Shown here piece after piece: positions 25,551 to 34,074 of a stretch of 37,675 nt of DNA. A program made the translations under genes and the position numbers. This stretch comes from Psammoneis japonica (taxonomy: Eukaryota). Below the pieces are notes generated by a model. That model ran no database searches. It was given only the letters and a program-made list of their open reading frames with translations, and was not told the origin of the DNA. The DNA lies in the NCBI GenBank assembly GCA_008632985.1, contig QPGO01000055.1, positions 186,001-223,675 on the forward strand. The letters run 5' to 3'. Numbering within the stretch: position 1 is the first letter of the stretch; every line of letters starts with the position of its first letter.

Positions 25551-25838
25551 AATTATGCCTCTTGCCACTCGACGTTTCTGCAAATGCGCCTGCCCTACGC
25601 GATTCTTAAGACATTATAGAATCGCGCTGTAACAAAAAATGTCAAAAGTTGTTGGACGGATCGCTCAATAAGTGTACCGTAAAATGACACAAAATGTCGA
25701 AAAAATCACGTAGAAATCTACGTGCGCGACATACGACGTGATTCAAAAAACTATCGATGTCACAGTTCAGTAGTACGAGGTCCCACCTAGACCTGGAACG
25801 CGTCACCCTGCTGATCGCGCACTTGCAGATCTTGCAAA

Positions 25839-26754
25839 GACTTGTTCCAGACTTAGGTGGCGCGCACATGCCCCTTTTCGCAGAAAAAATAATTTTTTAA
25901 TGCTTTATTCAACACCATACATATTTAATAAAATTGATCATATAAATGGCTTCTAAGTAAAATAAACAGAATAAACTCGAACAAACAAACAGCCAAACCG
26001 ACCATGGCTTTCAGTGACCATGACGGCCCACTTTTTTCAGCCTTATGGAAAATTGAATGTCATGACCAGGATCTCCGTATTTGATATAGTCTGTGTCATC
26101 AACAACAATAGTGAAAATGCTTGTTGAAGGCTGCAGCGCGGCACAATAATGCTAAATCTGTCAGCAACAACAATTGAGCCTCTATTCACTCACAATTTGC
26201 CTCTAAGGACCATTTCTTTTCTATTACCATGTATATTTCCTCAATATATTCGACTGATTCAAGTGTATCAATCGTTTATGCCTTTTAAACCGTGAAAAAT
26301 GGTCCGAAGTCGACGCCATTGCGTGGGCTGAGCTACACTTCTTCTCATGTCGTCCTAAACTTATTAATCAACGTATGCTTTATTCGATCCGTTGAGTGTA
26401 ACTCGTATTTACGTATATAAACAAAATATTAATTATGCTATGTTAAAGACTTAATTTATATATATTAATTTTATTTTATATGTTTCTTGTTACATTAAGG
26501 CATATATAAATCGCTCATCGGAAAATTCGAGCTCTCAACTTACGGTACAATTTAGCGACTAACAACCGAGTCCATCAACAGTTTCGAATACATGGGTACA
26601 CGCACAAGACAATTCTGTATGTACCCATAACAACACATTTGTAAATTGTTATGTTTTTACTCTATCGAAAATGGTACCGCAAGTGTGGACCGCGCGTTTC
26701 ATGCAAAAAGGGTCATTTTTTCGCGCGTGAGTGCACCCAAGTCTGGAACAAGTC
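25839..26754. mobile_element. Non-autonomous TIR element (MITE family B, 916 bp, AT-rich)
   Basis: 21-bp TIR GACTTGTTCCAGACTT(A/G)GGTG; TSD CAAA at 25835-25838 and 26755-26758. Its excision restores the host transposase frame. Confidence 0.92.
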
Positions 26755-29738
26755 CAAAATCAGACGACAGCTTTTTGTGCAACTTCATGTTCTGTCTCTC
26801 TCATGGGGAAACTAGAAAGGAAGTGGAGGAAAAGAAGGGTGAAACATTGGACAGCGGCGGATGGAACCGTTTGTTCAAAAAGGTTTTTGTTGCTGCTGAT
26901 GTCGTGAGGAGTGTGCGATGCTTGAACGCCAGCAGCGGCATCCTGCAGCCACCAGTTGGCTCACACTTGGCTGCTCAAGTTGCACCTGACAATCTCTCTT
27001 CTCTGCTTTCTGGATTTGGTCTTGTGACGACGAAGCACACTGAAAGGCGGAGGAACCAGAAATTCGCGGATCAAAAAATTCTTGAAGGGTTTGACTTCTC
27101 CAAAACTTTGAAGTTCGACTGCCTGTGTGACCAGCAAGACAACTGTGGACACAAAGTCCGTGGGGGGAAGAAGAACAAGGTTGGCTGTGTTCAAACAACT
27201 CAACAAGTGACGCTTCTGCATGGCCGAGAAGAAGCAACCGCAGACGGACTGTGCTGCAACCCGAAGAATCCAGACCGAGAGGCACTTGGCCGGGAGCCCG
27301 ACCACGATTTCGAATCAGAACGACAAATTGAGCACTTTGATTGCTGTGAAGCTGTGAAAGGCATCAATCAATTGGACAAGGAGCATCTGGCAAGAGCGCA
27401 ATTGGGGGCCATCAAGTCGGTTGTTGTTTGTAAATCAAAAAAGATGTGGCCGACTGCACAGGACGCAAGGATGATGCTGCGGACGGCGGGGTTTGAATGG
27501 ACAGGTGTGCCACACTGGAATGAAATGATGTCACGGGTGATGCTTGAAAATGCTGATTCGGAGCTGCATTTTTTGGAATCATCCATGACTGTGGATTGGC
27601 ACGAGAATGTGCATGTCGACGATGACGAAGACAAAACGCCTGGCGAAACGTCGACTTTTCCATCAGTCAACAAAGGACAAATGGGCATGCCACTTGACAC
27701 TAATTTTGCAAATGCTGCCACGCTGGAAAACATTGTCCAAACAGGTGAGGAGAAGCGAGAGGCGATTCTCGAGAAGTCGACCCTGACGGTTGATCGCAAA
27801 TGGGTGTCGGAGCAAGAGTCGCGGGGCATGGAGCCCCTTCATAAAGATTTTCCGGTTGCGTTTGGTGGGGATGGTGACCCGTGCATCAATCTATTCAAAC
27901 TCCGCCGTTTGAAGAGTCGTTCCGACTTTTGGGGCTGATCATTGTGCTGGGTGGATTTCATGTCATGCTGACGTGCTGGAAAGCGATCGGACGTCTCTTT
28001 GGTGGTGCTTTTTTGATCGATTTCTTTTCATTATGGCGAACCTCGGATGCCCAACTGAACTGGGTGCTAAACCCAGGGGACCCAGGAGCTGTTCTAAGAG
28101 AAACAAATACGATGGTGAATGCAATTTGTCTTTCTGCAACTCGGAAGTGCATCGAAAAGAGAATCAAAGAGTCGCAGGATGGGGCTTGCGAAGTTGAGGT
28201 GTCGGCCGTTGACGTCCTGGACCACATCATCGAGCGAGCAGAAGAGTACCCGATGATCATTTTGATTCTTGCGTGGCTCCGTATCTATCATGTCATACAG
28301 ATGCTGCAGTCCGCAGAAGTGACGGCGTCTGTGTCTCTGTTTCTGTCAGCTTTGAAGCTTGTATCCTTGTATGTTGTGCTGTCTCATCACACAGGATACG
28401 TGTCGCTTATAGCCGACTTTCTAACTGATTGGTGGTGCTCATCACCGGCACTGAAGAAGCTCATAGAGAAAGCGATCTTGTTCAGAAAAACAATCAATGG
28501 GAAGTTCACATATGCCGATAGATTCATGGAATGGATCATCCGTGACGAACGCTACTATTTTGGGGATTATGTCAACGGCACTGTGGACAATCATTACAAG
28601 CAGTGCCGAACAATGGCGATGACGCTAAACACCAGTCTTGCGGTAAAGGGGGCTACAAAGCGAATGGCAAGTGGTCAGCCAAGGAAGCTGGCGCTCATTG
28701 ACAAAGTGTTCTGTGAAACTTTGCTGTATATTGATGATTTGAATCTTTTTGGGGACGGTCCGGTTCAAAAAGTTCCAGCGCGTCCATACTTGGAACGGCA
28801 CGAACATGATCATGCAGGTGACTGGGAGGAAGTGTCGGTCGGGGAGTGCGTCAGCCCATCCGGTGTGGCACTCAACACTGATGCTTGCTTTGGTTTGTCA
28901 AAGTCAGAGATTATTGATAGAGATTTTTTTGATTGTTTCTACACGGAGGCGGAAGATTTGAATGACCCCAGGAGACCCGAGGGTGAGGGTGGAGTGGATC
29001 TGTCGGTGCTGGATCCGCTTAGGAATGCTGACAGTGCTCAGTTTGAGCTAGAAAGGAAGCGTCTAGTGTCAACGGATGCCGCATACTTAATGGAAAAGGG
29101 CGTCTATTTAGCAAAGGAGGCAACGGCTGAAATAGGAAAGCTCAAGGAGGAGCTGCGGAGGTACTACAACGAGGGGAAAATTGACAAAGAGTTCTTTAGG
29201 AGTATAAAGAAATCAGAAACGGTGCGGATCGTTGATGCTGATGGCCAAGCTAGGGTGCGTACCATCCAGAACAAGACTTTCTCCATTGGTGTTATTGTTA
29301 AGGCAAGAAAGAAGCTCATGGAGCTAGATGCAAGCTGGAGTGACAATCGCACAAATGTATAGATGAAAGTCGAGACGCTTGGACGATCGCCCGCAATGAG
29401 GAATTCCAACCCAGGCTGAAAAATGAACTGAAGCACGATCTGTACACGTTTAAGCATACTGAGACAAGGGAGGAGTTTAGTACTAATTCTATACAGTTTA
29501 TCTTGTCTGGAGGAGCGGACGAGAGCGACGACGAAGCGGTACTACTGTCGCAGACGTCAGAAGGACTAGGAAAGCGGCATGCACCGTTTTCCCCTCAAGG
29601 GTTAAGTCAACAGTCACAGTAACTTTGTAGTTCTACAATAAGGATTTTGTACTTGCAAAAGATTGCTATACTACAAGTATCATATGCATTTACGTCTCGC
29701 CAATCACTATCAATACTCCGTGTCCGAGGAACTCACGA

Positions 29739-31028
29739 TCAATCATCAATGTCCGAGTCATCGTCTGAGGTATCATCCTCCTGGACCTCTTCATAGGATC
29801 TAGGCTTTGTCTTTGGCTCCTCGCGCTTGGAATAGTGCTACCCAATGAGATCAGCAACCTCTTTCGAAAGCGTTGAATCCGGATTCTTCAGCCTCCCCCC
29901 CACAATCGGAATCGCCATGACGTGTTTTTCTCGCTCCGACCGTTCCGATGACCTGAACGCATTGGAGTATGCTACCATACACTTTTTTGCTCCCTCCTTT
30001 GATGAAGCTAGAAAGTATAGAAATGGTTTGTTGCATCGCTGGTAAGTAGGTTGGCCACCGCTTGTCTTCGTCTGGTACAATTCACCGAATACGAGATGGA
30101 CAACATGAATTCCCGGCTGGTTATTTGAAAGGTCAGGATACCGGACTGTGTCAATACAATGTGCCACTCGTTTCAATGATGAATGTATTGCTCTCATTGA
30201 GGTTGTATCAACTTGTTGATATACATTCCTCGCGTTTTCTCCGCTTTTGTGCTTCTTCTTTCGCGGCCCTGCTTCATCAACACCGACCAGCTCTCGTCGT
30301 TTACTGTCACTAGAAAATAGGCTGACATTCTCATTCCTGGTGTGAGATTGAGAAGAGCGACGGTCTGATATGTGATTGAGACTATTGGAAGGACTGGGAC
30401 CGGTGTTGTTTGCAAATAGGGCGTTGTTGAGTTCCCGCAACAGCCCAACAGCTTTGGGCTCCTTGTCGCCGCTTCCGTCGCTAGCCGCGGCCGAAGTCGA
30501 TGGTGTTGAGCCACCTGATACTGCAGGGACACTCCCTGTTGATCTCAAGGCTTCTCCTGGAGGACTGTTAGTTGTTGGGCGACTGGAATTGGTCGGAGGA
30601 GGCGTGACAGAACGCGCAGGGGGGGGTTGATGATGGATTGCCGGACGTGCACCTTGAGATCCCGCCAAAGCCATTTTCGTACGAAGCAAATCTTTTTGTT
30701 GAGTCAAATTATCGATATTCTTCTTGTATAGATCCCTCTCCCAACGCTGTGCATTAGTAAACTTCAATCTCTCGAAATCACGGTGATGTTTGTCGAGCGT
30801 GATAAAATCCTTGATTTTCCTGTCCACGATTCTAAAGTCCTTGGAACAACCCGTGACTGATCTCGGGAGCGCTACTGAAGACCCCAACTTGCCAATATCG
30901 GGGTAAACGTTTGCTATTGATTTTGTATCACTCAAATCGAGCTTCAGTAGCTTCGATTGAAGTTCCATCGAGTAGCTGATAGATAATTCGACATGAAAAT
31001 CGTCCGACACTTTGGTGGTGCAATTCAT
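29739..31028 (-). pseudogene. Second ORF of the long-TIR element (~430 codons, unknown function) with an in-frame TAG at 29838-29840
   Basis: The 399-aa ORF has normal Tyr content, a coiled-coil-like stretch, a Pro/Ser linker and a basic PRKKKHK motif. The frame continues past the TAG as HYSKREEPK..EDDTSDDDSDIDD to TGA 29739-29741. First ATG is at 31028. Confidence 0.7.
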
Positions 31029-31081
31029 AGTGAGCAACTGACGAAAATCAAAATTTCAACCAATGATCACATACGTCGTAG

Positions 31082-31265
31082 TAGTGCTCGATAAGACCAC
31101 ACGGTATCGCTTGTCAAATTGTTATAGTTATATAGTGGTAGGCCTCCGAAGTTAACACACCACGGTGCGGCGTGTTTTTTGTGTCGGATGCAGAGGTGTG
31201 AATTTACAAATCAGCGTACGACGGACGGTAGCCGGGGTGCGTTTTCGTGCGAGTACGCAGATGAA
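31082..31265 (-). repeat. Right terminal inverted repeat (TpA-intact copy)
   Basis: The reverse complement reads ttcatctgcgtactcgcacgaaaacgcaccccggctaccgtcc...tttgacaagcgataccgtgtggtcttatcgagcacta. Confidence 0.9.
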
Positions 31266-34070
31266 GATGTTGGGGTTCTTGGTTTGCCAAAATCAGGTGA
31301 TTTTGCCAAATCCAACCAGTCATCCACCCATGTTGTTGACAATCCACCATTGGACAGCCCCACACAACTTTTGTTTCCAACAAATGCAGCTCTTATGGAA
31401 AGGATTCATTGCTCTTGCATTGAGCATTTTGTGGATTGTGTGCAAGGGATTGCAAGCAGCTTTGACAACATGGTTGGTTTGTTGTCCTCAAACTCATGCT
31501 GTGCAAGCTGGGCATGCTGCAGCAGCGGCTGCATTGGTGTGGAAAGAACAGACATTGCTGACACTCACTTGGTTGAAAAATTCTCATGTGGTGCCAGAGT
31601 TGTCACAGAGTGCAATGAGCTCAAGAGAGGTTTCATCTGCCAAGGTGAAGCTGTGCTCCATCAACAAAGAGAAAGTGTCCTCATGTGGAACAGATGACTC
31701 AGGTGATGATGCAGAGCTCTCTTCATTCTTGGATCCCAAAGCATGAGAATTGTCAGCACCTGGAAACATTTCACACTTCGCACAGACAGGCACCATTGTC
31801 TTTTTTGTCTTCTTCTTTGGACTGAGAGCCACCTTGGTCACATTCATTGTTGTCCAAGCTGTGAGATGCATCATCCTGCAAATCCATGTCAGGAAAATCA
31901 CACAAGCCTTCTGCCTCTTTGCCAAGAGGCTCAAGGCTGCCATGGGGGAACCAGCACCAGCAGCACCAGCAGAAGTTTTGTGGGGAGTGCTGACACCATC
32001 ACACGCAAGTCACAGGATGATGGAGACAATGCCTCAAGCTCCCTTTGGCAATGAAGAAGCAGAGCTGCAGCATGGGACAGCACACCCAAATCAGCTGAAG
32101 ATGCATCTGCACAACTGGCGGCATTGGGCCTGCAGCCCATGGTGATGACAGCAATGACAATTCATGCATTGCCGTTGAAGTGGGAGGGGGGGCAAGATTG
32201 GCACAAATGAGCGGGAACTTGTTCAAAGTGACTGTGCCAATTTGCTTGAATTTTGTTTGTTGAGCAAGTGCTGGCATTGACCAAAAAAAAATGTGGCTTG
32301 CCAATGGAAATGCAGACAGAGCAAGAAAGGCAGTGTCAAGGGTGTTTGTCATTTCTGGAGTGCACACATTCAGCAATGCACAGCTGTGTTTTCCAGATCA
32401 GAAGGAGCGGTGTGTGGGAAATCAGATTTGCAATGGTCAACCCAGCCAGACATGTGTGACATCACCGCACAACCCACGACCATCACCACAGCTTTGCAAA
32501 AAAAAAAACACCACACAAAAAACAATGGCAACAAAAACATGACAACCACAGCACAGAAGCAAATCAACCTGGCCAAGTGAATGGCCAACAAGGACAAGAA
32601 CAAAACCCAAATTCTTTGTTTCAAAGTGCTGCTGTGCACTTCCAACCTGCAGCTCCGGCAACAAGCTGACTCACACCCCCAGCACATTGTGTGATGCAGC
32701 AGGGATTTGCAACAACCAGTCAAGATTGATGCCACAAGGCTGTGGTGCCCACCAGCAACAGCTGGCAGCAACAAAAACAGGACCTGCAAAGTTGGACTTC
32801 AAAAGCAAGTGCTTGGCACTGCAGCAAGGCCTTCTTCTTGGGATCAGATCTGGTGGCTGAGACAAAATGGGCAGTCTGGAAAAGTTTCAGAATGAGGAAG
32901 AGCAGGACACAAATTGACCACCAAGTCATGCCAAGCTGGTTTCAAATTCAGACTTTTGGGAGCAGCAAAAATGGAGAGCTGTTTGCTGCATGGAGCAGAG
33001 AACTTGAAAGGACAGCTGGTGGGAGGGGAGTCATTGATGCCAGAGATGAATGAACTGAGAGCAGTCAACAGTTTGTCAAGTCAATCATCTGAAATGACCT
33101 TCAAGACACAAGGAAAATGTGCTGCAACTCATGTGGATTTGTTGGCACATGGAAGAAAAGCCAACGCATGCTGAATTGGTCTAAAATGCAAACTCTTTAG
33201 AGCAGCAACAATGGAAGATTGTTGGCCACCTGAAGTGGGGAACGTGAGTTGACAACAGGCAGGAGGGGGGGGGTGTTGACACTTGAGAGGTGTGCAGATG
33301 GAGCAGTCAACAGTTTGGCAAGTTGTCCATCTGGAATGACTTGCAGAACACACAGAATTTGGGCTGAAACTTGTGTGGAAACTTTGCACATGAGCAGAAA
33401 AAATGCAGAGAAGAAAGCCAAGCAAACAAGCCAAAAAGGCTCAACAGTGCCAGCCATGTTCCACTGCATTGGATTGCCAATGATCACAGAACAAAGGCAC
33501 ACCAACAAAGAAATGGTCTGAATGGGCAGGTGGAAACCATTGTCACATCATTGGAGAAAGGCAATGTCTTGCGCAAACAAACATGCAGAAGGTGTGGCTG
33601 TGAAACCAAGGCAAAATTGTGGCCGATTGGGACAAGGGGCTGGGCCATGACATGATCAAGGCAAGAGACCACATTAAAGAAAAATGTGCATGACACTGGT
33701 GTTTGATGCAAGGCAAACACAGGAAGTGGGCATGCTGTGCAAAGACTGTGCCCAGAACTGTGGGCTTGCACTGATGGACAGGATGCTTTCAGAGCTTGCA
33801 GAGGTGCAACAAACTTCACACCTGCAGCTCCCATGGACAAAAATGAAACAAGGCAGGTTGCGTCAGGAGTGGCCAGTGCTGAAGTGATCCAATGCTTGTC
33901 AGGCTCAGCAGGACAGATTTTGCAGAAAGTGTGCAAGTGTGCATGACACATGTCACCAGCAGGTGGTCAGAAACACTGACGTTGTTGTTGTGTCTTACAT
34001 GGCTGCGCAGGGCTTTGTGCTTGCTGCAAAAAAAATTGCATCTTGCCATTGCAACAACAACTCCAGGAGC
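31266..34070. other. Heavily decayed TpA/CpG-depleted presumed transposon sequence
   Basis: TA and CG vanish abruptly right after the TIR; only fragmentary Tyr-free ORFs remain. Confidence 0.6.
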
Positions 34071-34074
34071 ATTT

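Larger units (their letters stand above)
22685..25804. mobile_element. MITE family A copy 2 (~393 bp), split by the Sola1 insertion
   Basis: Ends GACGGGTTCCAGTCCCAGGTGGGAC and GTCCCACCTAGACCTGGAACGCGTC. Perfect TSD ACCC at 22681-22684 and 25805-25808. Confidence 0.9.
22065..29622 (+). pseudogene. Interrupted ~1170-aa putative Academ-like DDE transposase with an N-terminal RING-like zinc finger. Segments 22065-22684, 25809-25838 and 26759-29622, with frameshifts near 27930 and 29350
   Basis: Removing the two nested inserts plus one TSD each restores the frame: ..RRCDPTAHP-ADRALADLA-KSDDSFLCNF.. Motifs CSKC..CLRKHGICVEC..CPKC, QQDN, FGGDGDP, IVLGGFHVML..KAIGRLFGG and ADRFMEWIIRD resemble the DN / GD / GxFH / DxxxE pattern I recall for Academ (DUF6589-like) proteins. 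An alternative frame after 29350 stays open to TAA 29620-29622. Confidence 0.65.
21845..31265. mobile_element. Long-TIR DNA transposon (~5.4 kb without nested inserts) with an Academ-like transposase and a convergent second ORF
   Basis: ~185-bp imperfect inverted repeats at both ends, with two inward-pointing ORFs starting just inside each repeat. No TSD could be recognised. Confidence 0.75.

Noticed and set aside
26646..27938. 430-aa ORF as a standalone gene
   Set aside because: Its first ~37 codons come from MITE B; the rest is the middle of the interrupted transposase.
21835..31275. TSD for the long-TIR element
   Set aside because: No 3-10 bp direct repeat is found for the plausible termini. 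A TA duplication eroded to CA/TG is conceivable but cannot be tested here.
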